NCBI GenBank assembly: GCA_012837335.1
Contig: DURM01000008.1
Span: 2,224 to 66,223 of the forward strand
Reading direction: 5' to 3'
Length of the DNA stretch: 64,000 nt
Source: Bacillota bacterium
GTDB taxonomy: Bacteria > Bacillota > Limnochordia > Darwinibacteriales > DTU012
Shown piece by piece: positions 19,403 to 28,283 of the stretch. Position numbers and translations under genes: made by a program. The notes below the pieces were generated by a model that was not told the origin of the DNA, searched no databases, and was given only the letters and a program-made list of their open reading frames with translations. Numbering within the stretch: position 1 is the stretch's first letter; every line of letters begins with the position of its first letter.

Positions 19403-20755
19403 TTACTCGGTCGCAGAAGCCTCGTCCTCGTCCGCTGCTTCTTCAGCTGCATCTTCTGAATCGACTTCAACCTCAGTCACTTCAGCGTTTTCGAATAAGA
19501 AATCCCAAGTTTTGTCAATTTTGATCATGGTAGTTAATCTATCTCTACTGTTTTCCCAGTTCTGACGAGTCTGCTCTGGATCGCTGCTTTCTTCTACCAT
19601 CTCATCGATTTTACGTTCAATTTCTTCATCTGAAACAGAAATTCCTTCCCGCTCAGCGACCTCATCCAGAATTAGACTGCGCTTCAACTGCCTGATTGCT
19701 TCCGGTTCCATTTCTTTTTGGAGTTCTTCTTCTGTCTGGTTGGTAAACTCCAGATACTGCTCAAGTGTCATTCCAGAATACATCAGATTGAATCTAAAAT
19801 TGTTGAACATGGTTTCTACCTGACCCTGAATCATGGAGCGGGGCAGATTTATAGTGCTGTTCTCAATAATCTGCTCTATTAATTTATTCTCCATTTCTTC
19901 TTTGGTTACGCGGGTCAAGGATGCTTCTAATCTTTCCCTGATGCTGTCTCTTAATTCTGCCAAAGTTTCGTATTCACCTAAATCTTTAGCGAACTCATCA
20001 TCAAGCTCCGGCAGAGACCGCTCTTTCAGTCCGTTAATCTTAACATTAAATGTAACCTCTTTACCGGCAAGCTCTTCGTTGTAGTATTGTTCTGGGAAAG
20101 TTACATTTATATCCTTTTCTTCGCCGACTTTCATACCAATGAGCTGTTCTTCAAATCCGGGAATGAACTGTCCGGAACCGATTTCCAGTGTATATCCGGC
20201 AGCAGCTCCACCTGAGAACGGCTTGCCGTCCAGGTAGCCCTTAAAGTCAATATTGGCAAAATCGCCTTCCTGAACATCATCACGGGAATCAACGGCGATC
20301 AGCTCACTGTGCTGCATCCGCAGCTGTTCCAGCTCCCGATCAACATCGGCTTTATCTACTTTTCTAACCCGCTTTTCCACCGACAGTCCCTTGTACTGGC
20401 CTAATTCAATTTCCGGATAAACATCAACTTCAAAGACAAGGCTTAATCCTTCACCGGGTTCGATTTTCTCAAGATCAAGCTCAGGCTGGTCAACCGGGGT
20501 AATGCCAGTTTCTTTAACTGCTGCTTCGTATAACTGCGGAACCAAATAATCCAGGGCATCTTCAAAAAAGATGCTCACTCCGTAGTATCTTTCCACAATA
20601 CTGCGCGGCGCTTTCCCTTTGCGGAATCCGGGAATAGCAATCTGCCTATTAACAGTGCGATATGCGTGAGCTAAACCTTCTTCAAGTTTAGCAGCATCGG
20701 CCTCTACTGTTAACCGAACTCTACTGTTCTCGAGTTTCTCCAAATTAACATTCAT
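19403..20755 (-). CDS. tig: Trigger factor (ribosome-associated PPIase chaperone)
   Basis: N-terminus MNVNLEKLENSRVRLTVE, an FKBP-like core and an acidic C-terminal tail. GGAGGA lies upstream of ATG at 20755; the tracked ORF starts at 20773. Confidence 0.95.
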   Translation of the reverse strand: MNVNLEKLENSRVRLTVEADAAKLEEGLAHAYRTVNRQIAIPGFRKGKAPRSIVERYYGVSIFFEDALDYLVPQLYEAAVKETGITPVDQPELDLEKIEPGEGLSLVFEVDVYPEIELGQYKGLSVEKRVRKVDKADVDRELEQLRMQHSELIAVDSRDDVQEGDFANIDFKGYLDGKPFSGGAAAGYTLEIGSGQFIPGFEEQLIGMKVGEEKDINVTFPEQYYNEELAGKEVTFNVKINGLKERSLPELDDEFAKDLGEYETLAELRDSIRERLEASLTRVTKEEMENKLIEQIIENSTINLPRSMIQGQVETMFNNFRFNLMYSGMTLEQYLEFTNQTEEELQKEMEPEAIRQLKRSLILDEVAEREGISVSDEEIERKIDEMVEESSDPEQTRQNWENSRDRLTTMIKIDKTWDFLFENAEVTEVEVDSEDAAEEAADEDEASATE

Positions 20756-20903
20756 GATATTTCCTCCCCACAATCGCTACTACCGACATTAATTGGTAGT
20801 ATTAACCATATTTTTTAAAAATAAACATCCTGCCGCCTATGTAATTGAATACAAAAAAATCGAGCGGCAATCTATCTTTTACCGCCCTCGACTAACCAAA
20901 TTT

Positions 20904-20989
20904 TGGTGCAGGCGGAGAGAGTCGAACTCTCACGGGGGTTGCCCACTAGATCCTAAGTCTAGCGCGTCTGCCAATTCCGCCACGCCTGC
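20904..20989 (-). tRNA. tRNA-Leu (anticodon TAG), long variable arm, CCA encoded
   Basis: Hand-folded. Acceptor stem GCAGGCG/CGCCUGC, anticodon loop CUUAGGA, T arm GAGAGUUCGACUCUCUC, 86 nt in total. Confidence 0.9.
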
Positions 20990-20996
20990 AGGTTAA

Positions 20997-21072
20997 TGGT
21001 GAGCCATCCGCGACTCGAACGCGGGACACCCGGATTAAAAGTCCGGTGCTCTACCGACTGAGCTAATGGCTC
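20997..21072 (-). tRNA. tRNA-Lys (anticodon TTT), CCA encoded
   Basis: Hand-folded. Acceptor stem GAGCCAU/AUGGCUC, anticodon stem CCGGA with loop CUUUUAA, T loop GUUCGAG, 76 nt in total. Confidence 0.9.
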
Positions 21073-21095
21073 AAACCATATCATCACGCTTAGTT

Positions 21096-21124
21096 ATTAT
21101 AACAAAGAGGTTTTGTTTGGTCAA
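21096..21124 (-). promoter_or_regulatory. Near-consensus sigma-A promoter for the tRNA-Lys/tRNA-Leu operon
   Basis: Minus strand reads TTGACC (21124..21119), a 17-nt spacer, then TATAAT (21101..21096). It lies about 24 nt upstream of the tRNA-Lys 5' end. Confidence 0.75.
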
Positions 21125-21198
21125 GACCTTTTTCTCTTAGTTTTCTAAACCCCGGATCTCATGTATAATATAATTAGAAAACATAAGGAGCGGTGAGC

Positions 21199-22335
21199 GT
21201 GAAAGAAATCCCACGCCGGTACTGGCGCAATTTAGACATCCCTCTAATTCTCGCTGTCCTAGGATTAATCCTGCTCGGACTTTTTGTAATCTATTCAGCA
21301 TCAGCCTCAAGACTGCTTAATCTCAATGCTGATCCTTTTCATTATGTTAAAAGGCAGGCAATAGCTGCCTTAGTTGGGTTTATGGGGTTGATCGTAGTCT
21401 TGTCAATCGATTATCGCGCTTGGCGCCGCTGGACAAAAATCGGCTATTTGGTAACAGTTTTAGCGCTGGCCGTTATTCTTATCACTGGGAAAATAGCTCA
21501 AGGTTCCCAACGCTGGTTCAGCTTAGGAGGCTTCAACATCCAGCCCTCGGAGCTTGCCAAATTAGTGATGATTGTGGTCTTGGCTCATCTGATGGAAAAA
21601 CAGAGCAATATCGAAGGCCGCAAGATTTTCCTTCCTTTTGTAATAATCGGTGTCCCCATGGCTTTAGTTTTTTCCCAGCCGGACTTGGGTACTGCGATGG
21701 TATTTGTGGGAATTGTATTTGCCATGACTTATATTGGCGGCGGAGATCTGCGCCATCTCGGCATTATTGCTGCAGTGGGCATAGCGGCAGCGCTTGCGGC
21801 TATTCTCCTCTCTTATTATGAAGTTATCAAGATCATCAAACCTTATCAGCTGAGACGACTTTTGATTTTCCTCGATCCTTATTCCGATCCCACGGGTGAT
21901 GGCTGGAACGTGATCCAATCCATGATCGCCATCGGCTCGGGAGGATTCTTTGGCAAAGGTTATTTAAACGGCACCCAGGGCCAGCTGTATTTTCTCCCAG
22001 CCAATCACACCGACTTTATCTTCTCTGTGGCCGCCGAGGAATTCGGTTTTGTCGGTGCCAGCGCTATTCTGCTTTTATACGCGTTCTTTATCTGGCGCGG
22101 GATTAAAATCGCCATCAATGCTAAAGACCGTTTTGGCAGCCTCCTGGCTGTCGGCTGCATCAGCTACTTTGTGTGCCACTTAGTAATCAACATCGGCATG
22201 ACTATGGGAATCATGCCGATTACGGGACTGCCCCTGCCCTTCCTTACCTATGGAGGAAGTACTCTCCTTACCAGCTTATTAGCTGTGGGGATCCTTCTCA
22301 ACGTGGGACTGCGCCGGCAGAAGATTATGTTTTAG
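21199..22335 (+). CDS. rodA: SEDS family peptidoglycan glycosyltransferase (FtsW/RodA/SpoVE); RodA-like N-terminus
   Basis: About 10 TM helices and the C-terminal PITGLPLPFLTYGGSTLL motif. AAGGAG lies 8 nt before the second GTG at 21199; the tracked start is 21193. Assigning it to RodA rather than FtsW or SpoVE is tentative. Confidence 0.8.
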   Translation: MKEIPRRYWRNLDIPLILAVLGLILLGLFVIYSASASRLLNLNADPFHYVKRQAIAALVGFMGLIVVLSIDYRAWRRWTKIGYLVTVLALAVILITGKIAQGSQRWFSLGGFNIQPSELAKLVMIVVLAHLMEKQSNIEGRKIFLPFVIIGVPMALVFSQPDLGTAMVFVGIVFAMTYIGGGDLRHLGIIAAVGIAAALAAILLSYYEVIKIIKPYQLRRLLIFLDPYSDPTGDGWNVIQSMIAIGSGGFFGKGYLNGTQGQLYFLPANHTDFIFSVAAEEFGFVGASAILLLYAFFIWRGIKIAINAKDRFGSLLAVGCISYFVCHLVINIGMTMGIMPITGLPLPFLTYGGSTLLTSLLAVGILLNVGLRRQKIMF

Positions 22336-24456
22336 AGACAAGGCTAGCGTCAGCATAGTGGTAGCTGCAAAGAAACTGCAGGTAGCCGCTGCCACAACCC
22401 CGGAATCATTAAAGATGAGCGCCGCGGTGGTTCCAGTTAAAGTCCCGACAATGCCCACTACCAAATCAGGGTAGTTTTTCAGCAGCCACTGCAGATAGCG
22501 GCTTGGCCAAATGAGGCTGGCACCCATAGCCGCAATCGCGATCAGCAGCGCCCTGCTCCAGATGCTGTAGCGGAGCAGCCGCAGATTCATGCTCAGCTTG
22601 CGAACAATAATATCTTTTACTGTGTTTAATCCGTTGGCACTGATCAGCCCGGTAGTCTGCCCGATATGGGACTGGAGATCCTCGGGGCGCCCGACGTCAA
22701 GCTGCATTAAGCCTATTAAAGCTGCTGCCACTGCCAAACCGACGACAACCACGCAGCTGTACCAAGGCAGCCGACTGTGAGCAAGCAGCCAGGCGATACC
22801 GAAGCCGCAGATAGCGGCTATCATGCCGCCAACATTAGTTCCCCATTGGGGCGCAGCAATGATAAAAACAACTGCCAAAAACACCGCCAGATCTAAGAAT
22901 GCGGTGTTTTTTGTTTTCACCCAAGGTCTTTCCCGAAGCAGTGCCCAACCCATAATCGCAGACCCGATCAGGATACCCATGTACTCATTGCCGATGCCGT
23001 AATAGCGGGCTCCTCCTACCGGGTCATACCCGAGAAAGGAATAGCGAATCCATACCCCACCTCGAATCACATCAACAATAATTAGTCCCGCTGTGATTAA
23101 GGCAACTGCCATGATGCTGGCCAGCTGGTTTTGGCAGCGCAGATTAACCAGAACCAAAAGCAGGATGATCAGCATAGGCCAATACCAGCCCTGGGGCAGA
23201 AGTAAGAGAATCAGCGGCAGTGATAAGCTGAGCACAAGGCACAGCTGAACCGACCTAACAAACCTGCGGCTCAGCACCTTGGGAATAATTAAGAGTGCCA
23301 GGGTAACAAGATAGAGAACCACCTGAATCCCTACCAGAATTCGAAGCACACTGCCGCGGTGCTGATTAACCCAAAAGACTCTTTCCTCGAGCTGCTCGAT
23401 TAGAGCCAGCGCCGCTTGAGACTCCATTCGGTCAACCGTCACTGCCCGCCCCAGCATCGGCCCTTTATCGGCGTTTAACCGATTAGCTATGGTGGGAGCG
23501 AGATCAATATTACTGATAATTCCAGGCCACTTGGTAGTACCCGAAGTTAACAAGCCGGCATCACCGCCGATGACAATCACAGGCGCAAACCAGCGGCCAA
23601 CTTCTGCCCTGTCAGCAGAAGGATAAGGAGCGGCGATGAGTATTTCGGCTTGAGGCAGCTCAGCATAAAGCTCGGCAATAAAATCCCAGGCTTCCCTTAC
23701 CATGCGTGCTTTCAGCTTATCCAGCTGTTCGGGTATCAGATGTTGGACATATGTGCTTAAGCGGTAGGGATCGCCTAGATCCACCACTGCCAAGTCCGCA
23801 TCTGAACCTAAGACAGCTGCCAAAAGTTTGTGGTAATCAGTCCGCTTTCCGTGGGGATAGGCGGAGTCTTCAATTAGTACTTCGTCACTTACCAGCCCCA
23901 GCGCTGCTTGCCCATCACTATCCATACCGACCAAAGCGGCCCAGCGAACCCTTTGATCCTGCAGATCACTGTTTCCAAACACACCTATTTTCAAGTTAGC
24001 GCGACGAAGGGCATCTGCCAGAGCACCTACCTCCAGTGGATATTTGGCCTCAGCAAATGCACTTCTGATCGATGCAATTTGCGGATTGACAATCCGATTG
24101 TTACCAGTCCGGCCTGTTCTCAGCTCATAGAGCTGCCCGGCTTTAACCCCACCAGTCTGCTCATGGCTGTGATACATAGCGGCAGCTCCATGCGTTCCAA
24201 ACGCACGGGAACCGCTGCTTATCGTAAGATAGGCACCGGAAATCATCTCCCCGCCACCGATGCGGGTATTCATGGTCCCCAGCGCCATCAAACCATCAGC
24301 GTACAGCTGACTAGCTTTAAGATCATCCCAAGTCAAACCGTGCCAGAGAACTAGAACCAGTTTCGGTCCTGCAGCCAAGACCGGGATGTTCAATAAATTC
24401 ACAATTGCTGCCAGCAGAATTACCCGCAAAATGCGCTGTCTCAGCCCTTTCACCAC
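22279..24456 (-). CDS. Uncharacterised envelope protein: signal anchor, a roughly 340-aa ectodomain (possibly a degenerate alkaline-phosphatase/sulfatase-like fold) and a C-terminal polytopic membrane domain
   Basis: 725-aa ORF. Its GTG start sits inside the GTGGTGA overlap with the GT4 stop, with GAGGAAGGGA upstream. The ectodomain carries KLVLVLWHGLTWDDL and ISNIDLAPTIANRL motifs. These are followed by about 9-10 TM helices containing YYGIGNEYMG. Confidence 0.6.
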   Translation of the reverse strand: MVKGLRQRILRVILLAAIVNLLNIPVLAAGPKLVLVLWHGLTWDDLKASQLYADGLMALGTMNTRIGGGEMISGAYLTISSGSRAFGTHGAAAMYHSHEQTGGVKAGQLYELRTGRTGNNRIVNPQIASIRSAFAEAKYPLEVGALADALRRANLKIGVFGNSDLQDQRVRWAALVGMDSDGQAALGLVSDEVLIEDSAYPHGKRTDYHKLLAAVLGSDADLAVVDLGDPYRLSTYVQHLIPEQLDKLKARMVREAWDFIAELYAELPQAEILIAAPYPSADRAEVGRWFAPVIVIGGDAGLLTSGTTKWPGIISNIDLAPTIANRLNADKGPMLGRAVTVDRMESQAALALIEQLEERVFWVNQHRGSVLRILVGIQVVLYLVTLALLIIPKVLSRRFVRSVQLCLVLSLSLPLILLLLPQGWYWPMLIILLLVLVNLRCQNQLASIMAVALITAGLIIVDVIRGGVWIRYSFLGYDPVGGARYYGIGNEYMGILIGSAIMGWALLRERPWVKTKNTAFLDLAVFLAVVFIIAAPQWGTNVGGMIAAICGFGIAWLLAHSRLPWYSCVVVVGLAVAAALIGLMQLDVGRPEDLQSHIGQTTGLISANGLNTVKDIIVRKLSMNLRLLRYSIWSRALLIAIAAMGASLIWPSRYLQWLLKNYPDLVVGIVGTLTGTTAALIFNDSGVVAAATCSFFAATTMLTLALSLKHNLLPAQSHVEKDPHS

Positions 24457-25562
24457 ACGGTCCCTTCCTCTATAAGTTGTTGGTACTGCAGCTTTGTCGC
24501 TTGAATCATGTGGTCAACCCCAAAGGAGCGGATGACCGACTGATAATTATGCTCCCCCATGCGGCGTTTCTTGCTCTGGTCTTTGGCAATTTTAAGTACG
24601 GCAGCTGCTAATCCCGGAGCATTGTCAGGGGCAAAGAAATAGCCACCTTTTCCCTGCTCCACCACCTCTCGCGTGCTGGGAAGATCGCTAACTACCACCG
24701 GCAGCTTCGCGGCCATCGCCTCAAGCACACTTACGCTCAAGCCTTCGCTTAAACTAGGCAGCACAAACAGATCCCATCCAGCCATTAAGGCAGGAACATC
24801 GCTGCGAAAACCCAAAAACTTCACATATGGTTCCAACTGCAGCGCTTGGCTGTACAGCTCTAACTGGTGGCGCATCGGACCATCTCCCACAATTACTATC
24901 CGCATCTGCGGTAGGACGTTCCGCAGAAGCACCGCTGCCTTCAGCAGGCAGGCAATCCCTTTTTCCGCGATGAGTCGAGCGACTGCACCAATAATGAAAT
25001 GTTTTGAGTCAAGCCCCATTAAAGCCAGCGCTTCTCGGCGGGAATAGCCTTCAAACCGGTGGTAATCCACGCCGTTGCGGATCGTGACAATGCGGTTGTA
25101 GGGTACAAACTCTGCCAGCTCACTGCCAACTGTATCGCTGACCGCAATGATTCGACCCAAGGCCTTCAGCAGAGTGCGGTTAACCAGCCCATGGGTCGCT
25201 CGATACCAGCGCGTCTGGGGTTGAGGAAGCATGTTATGGGCGGTAAACAAGGTTTTCTTAACTCCGCTGAGTTTAGCTGCCGGAACAGCAATCATTACAG
25301 ATTTTAAGCCGTGAATATGGATCAGCTCTGGTTTAACTGCCCGCAGCACTTTAGTCAACTGCCAAACTGCTTTCAGATCCTGCTTAGGCTCGATCCCATC
25401 TGTGATCTCGATAGGATAAAAGGGGCAGCCTTCAGCCCACTCTTCCAATTCTTGGGGGCCGCAGACAATGATCTCACAGCAGCTGCTGAGACCCCTACGC
25501 AAGTAGTTTAAGTGCTGCTTAATGCCGCCCGCTGCGGGACGTATAACCCAAGCTACTTTCAA
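24450..25562 (-). CDS. Glycosyltransferase family 4 (GT-B, retaining)
   Basis: 370-aa ORF with an E-x7-E motif (SEGLSVSVLEAMAAKLPVVVSD) and a typical GT4 layout. TTG start with GGAAGGGA Shine-Dalgarno. Confidence 0.85.
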   Translation of the reverse strand: MKVAWVIRPAAGGIKQHLNYLRRGLSSCCEIIVCGPQELEEWAEGCPFYPIEITDGIEPKQDLKAVWQLTKVLRAVKPELIHIHGLKSVMIAVPAAKLSGVKKTLFTAHNMLPQPQTRWYRATHGLVNRTLLKALGRIIAVSDTVGSELAEFVPYNRIVTIRNGVDYHRFEGYSRREALALMGLDSKHFIIGAVARLIAEKGIACLLKAAVLLRNVLPQMRIVIVGDGPMRHQLELYSQALQLEPYVKFLGFRSDVPALMAGWDLFVLPSLSEGLSVSVLEAMAAKLPVVVSDLPSTREVVEQGKGGYFFAPDNAPGLAAAVLKIAKDQSKKRRMGEHNYQSVIRSFGVDHMIQATKLQYQQLIEEGTVW

Positions 25563-25637
25563 CGGCTGATCCCTTCCTTCGCTGACAGCTTATTTATAAC
25601 CCGATTGTGGGCACCCTATTCTCGAGGAGGTAGACCG

Positions 25638-26024
25638 ATGAGCAGACCGATTGTTATAGTCACTGTACTGCTGGTGGCTGCTGTTTTCTTTGGTACTTAT
25701 CAGGCTTTCGTACAGAACTCGCCTCCAGTACCTGAACCAGGTCCCGAAATCCGCAGCAGTACCGTTAATCTCCAGGATCTGACTGATAAAGCTGCCCAAG
25801 CAGCGCTTGACGAAGAATGGCTCCTGTGCCAGTACTATACTCAGCTGCTGTTAGCCGAGTGGGATCGGTTGAAACCTAATTCCCCCAATCGGCTCAGCGC
25901 AGTCATGGAAATAGATCAGATCCTGTTCGAGCTGGATGATCTAGTTCTCAACCAGAATCAAACTGGCGTTATTTCAGCTACTACTCGGCTTACCCACGCT
26001 TTCGCATATCTGTTCAACAGCTAA
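25638..26024 (+). CDS. Hypothetical membrane-anchored protein (128 aa)
   Basis: GGAGG lies 7 nt upstream of ATG at 25638. The tracked ORF starts at 25512 inside the divergent GT4 gene, which is unlikely to be real. There is one N-terminal TM helix and no recognisable domain. Confidence 0.5.
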   Translation: MSRPIVIVTVLLVAAVFFGTYQAFVQNSPPVPEPGPEIRSSTVNLQDLTDKAAQAALDEEWLLCQYYTQLLLAEWDRLKPNSPNRLSAVMEIDQILFELDDLVLNQNQTGVISATTRLTHAFAYLFNS

Positions 26025-26030
26025 AACTCA

Positions 26031-26054
26031 GGGAGCAGCAGAGCTGCTCCCTTT
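26031..26054. terminator. Bidirectional terminator hairpin between convergent genes
   Basis: GGGAGCAGC-aga-GCTGCTCCC forms a 9-bp perfect stem. It is followed by TTTAT on the plus strand and by UGAGUUUU on the minus strand. Confidence 0.65.
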
Positions 26055-26058
26055 ATCG

Positions 26059-26220
26059 TTAAGATTTCCGTTTCTTAGGATTGTTGACTTGCTGTTTTAC
26101 ATTAGTTTCTGTTTCCGGTTTTCCCAATAGTTCATCTGCAGTTTCATAGTAATTATCGGTACGCTGCAGCTTCTTGTTGAGATTCTGGTTGACCTGATCG
26201 ACTTTCCGCTTTTTTGCCAT
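26059..26220 (-). CDS. Small, highly basic hypothetical protein (53 aa); below the ORF-track size cut-off
   Basis: Hand translation: MAKKRKVDQVNQNLNKKLQRTDNYYETADELLGKPETETNVKQQVNNPKKRKS. A strong GGGAGGGTGG Shine-Dalgarno lies 3-4 nt upstream of the ATG at 26220, and a terminator follows directly. Confidence 0.55.
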   Translation of the reverse strand: MAKKRKVDQVNQNLNKKLQRTDNYYETADELLGKPETETNVKQQVNNPKKRKS

Positions 26221-26348
26221 CTACCACCCTCCCTTCCCTGATAGTATAGACAGGAGCACAAAAAAATAAACTTCCCGCTTGATTGCAGGAAGATTCCAAA
26301 GTGGGGAAGAAATTGTTAGGGCATTAGATTTAGGAAGCGAGTGGTAGT

Positions 26349-27224
26349 ATGAGTATAGCAATAGTTGCAAATCCATCTGCAGGAAGAGGTCGCGGCCGCA
26401 AAGTAGCTGAATCTGTCGCAAATGTTTTGCGGGATCGGAACCAAGATTTTGAACTTTTCCTTACTGAAGGTCCCAAGCACGCTGTTGAGCTTGCTTATCA
26501 GGCCAGCCGCAAGCATGAGATTGTCGCAGCTCTAGGCGGTGACGGTACCATCAACGAGGTCTTAAGCGGTATCTGGGAAACAGAATCTAAATTAGCGATT
26601 ATTCCCGGCGGAACAGGAAACGACTACGCCCGGGGGTTGGATATTCCTCGCGATCCGCTAGCCGCCCTAGATCTCATCCAGAATGGCAGGGCAGTTAAAG
26701 TTGATGTTGTTAAGGAAACGGACCGGATGTTTGGGGTAGTATCTACAATCGGATTTCCATCCACTGTTTTGGTGAATGTCAACGCACACCGCGATTCCTG
26801 GCTGAAAGGTTCGCCGGTGTTTTTAGCTTCGGTAGCCAAAACAATCCGGGAGCTGGAAAGCTATCGGGTTAAGATTACTCTTGATCACAAAGAGATTGAT
26901 ACTAAGGTTGTGGGCGTTGTGCTGATGAATATGCCCTACGGAGGTGGAGGTCTGAAGTTTGCACCTGATGCTCGCTACAACGATGGTCTGATTTCGGTCG
27001 TGATTATTAAAGAAGTCGGGAAATTCGAGCTGATGCGGGCGCTGCCGACAGTCTATTTCGGCAAGCACGTAAACCATCCGAAGGTTGAAATTCTCCAGGG
27101 TAAGAAAGTAAGGATTGAAGCGGAGCAGCCCCTGATTAAGTCATTTGACGGGGATTTAGCAGGCACTACGCCTTTAGAAGCGGAGATTTATCCGGAGAAA
27201 GCAGAAGTTATTGTTGGGGTGTAA
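26349..27224 (+). CDS. Diacylglycerol/lipid kinase family protein (YegS/BmrU/DagK type)
   Basis: 291-aa ORF with the ALGGDGTINEV and IIPGGTGNDYAR motifs of the DAGK catalytic domain. Confidence 0.85.
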   Translation: MSIAIVANPSAGRGRGRKVAESVANVLRDRNQDFELFLTEGPKHAVELAYQASRKHEIVAALGGDGTINEVLSGIWETESKLAIIPGGTGNDYARGLDIPRDPLAALDLIQNGRAVKVDVVKETDRMFGVVSTIGFPSTVLVNVNAHRDSWLKGSPVFLASVAKTIRELESYRVKITLDHKEIDTKVVGVVLMNMPYGGGGLKFAPDARYNDGLISVVIIKEVGKFELMRALPTVYFGKHVNHPKVEILQGKKVRIEAEQPLIKSFDGDLAGTTPLEAEIYPEKAEVIVGV

Positions 27225-27242
27225 TTAAAAATTAATAAAAAA

Positions 27243-27321
27243 ATGGGGTGAGTAACCGGATTCGAACCGGCGACCTCCAGGGCCACAACCTGGCGCTCTA
27301 ACCAACTGAGCTATACCCACC
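27243..27321 (-). tRNA. tRNA-His (anticodon GTG) with encoded G-1 and CCA
   Basis: Hand-folded. The extra 5' G pairs with C73, the anticodon stem is CCAGG with loop UUGUGGC, and the T loop is GGUUCGAAUCC. Confidence 0.88.
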
Positions 27322-27359
27322 ACACTAATATATATAATTATAACAGCTAATAGACCACA

Positions 27360-27435
27360 TGGCGCGCCTGGCAGGATTCGAACCTGCGGCACTCGGATTA
27401 GAAGTCCGATGCTCTATCCCCTGAGCTACAGGCGC
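27360..27435 (-). tRNA. tRNA-Arg (anticodon TCT), CCA encoded
   Basis: Hand-folded. Acceptor stem GCGCCUG/CAGGCGC, anticodon stem UCGGA with loop CUUCUAA, 76 nt in total. Confidence 0.88.
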
Positions 27436-27448
27436 ATCGTTTCAAAAG

Positions 27449-27522
27449 TGGAGCGGGTGAAGGGAATCGAACCCTCACAGCTGGCTTGGAAGGCCAGTGC
27501 TCTACCATTGAGCTACACCCGC
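27449..27522 (-). tRNA. tRNA-Gly (anticodon TCC), CCA encoded
   Basis: Hand-folded. Acceptor stem GCGGGUG/CACCCGC, anticodon stem CUGGC with loop CUUCCAA, 74 nt in total. Confidence 0.88.
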
Positions 27523-27533
27523 TTTTTTAATCA

Positions 27534-27611
27534 TGGTCGGGGCGAGAGGATTTGAACCTCCGGCCTCCTGCTCCCAAGGCAGGCGCGCTAGCCAAACTGC
27601 GCCACGCCCCG
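27534..27611 (-). tRNA. tRNA-Pro (anticodon TGG), CCA encoded
   Basis: Hand-folded. Acceptor stem CGGGGCG/CGCCCCG, anticodon stem CCUGC with loop CUUGGGA, 78 nt in total. Confidence 0.88.
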
Positions 27612-27644
27612 ATTTTGTCGCCTTATATCGGACTGACAAATGCT

Positions 27645-27673
27645 ATGATACCATATCTGAACAGGTATGTCAA
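27645..27673 (-). promoter_or_regulatory. Consensus-like sigma-A promoter for the Pro-Gly-Arg-His tRNA operon
   Basis: Minus strand reads TTGACA (27673..27668), a 17-nt spacer, then TGgTATCAT, an extended -10 (27650..27645). It lies directly downstream of the rdgB stop. Confidence 0.75.
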
Positions 27674-27677
27674 CACA

Positions 27678-28283
27678 TTATCGGGAAAATTTTTCAATCA
27701 AAATGCTGCGGAGTTGACTTAAAGCTTTAGCGCGGTGGCTGATCTTATTTTTGACCTCGGCATCAAGTTCAGCAAAGGTTTTATCATACTCCGGAACGAT
27801 GAAAAGCGGATCATATCCAAATCCATTATCCCCCCGCGGCTGATAACCAATCCTGCCTCGGCAGACCCCGGTGCAGATTTCTACCTCGCCATTAGGTTCA
27901 GCATAAGCGATAACACACTCGAAGTGCGCGTCCCGCTTTTCCCAGGGAACATCCTGCATTTTGTACAGCAGCTTTTCGTTATTGCGCTGATCATTAGTGG
28001 GTATGCCAGCGTACCGCGCCGAATGAATCCCCGGCTCCCCATTGAGAAACTCCACTACCAGTCCAGAATCATCTCCGATAGCAGGCAGATTTAAAGCTTT
28101 GGCTGTTTCCAGCGCCTTTTTGACCGCATTCGCGGTAAATGTGCGCCCATCTTCAACAATTTCGGGTAGATCAGCTATTTCCGCTGCCCCCTTCACGATA
28201 ATGGGCAAATCAGCGAGGATGGCTTTTATTTCCTCTACTTTGTGCTGATTCTTTGACGCAACTACCAACACCGGCTCAGTCAC
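27678..28283 (-). CDS. rdgB: Non-canonical purine NTP pyrophosphatase (XTP/dITP diphosphatase, Ham1/RdgB family)
   Basis: 201 aa with [15 protein letters not shown] and FGYDPLF motifs. An 8-nt overlap with rph matches the conserved rph-rdgB pairing. Confidence 0.9.
   Translation of the reverse strand: MTEPVLVVASKNQHKVEEIKAILADLPIIVKGAAEIADLPEIVEDGRTFTANAVKKALETAKALNLPAIGDDSGLVVEFLNGEPGIHSARYAGIPTNDQRNNEKLLYKMQDVPWEKRDAHFECVIAYAEPNGEVEICTGVCRGRIGYQPRGDNGFGYDPLFIVPEYDKTFAELDAEVKNKISHRAKALSQLRSILIEKFSR

Noticed and set aside
20793-20996. 67-aa plus-strand ORF
   Set aside because: Its 3' part is the reverse complement of tRNA-Leu. The tRNA fold, including the encoded CCA, explains the sequence.
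27533-27730. 65-aa plus-strand ORF
   Set aside because: It overlaps the reverse complement of tRNA-Pro and the tRNA operon promoter, so it is a shadow ORF.
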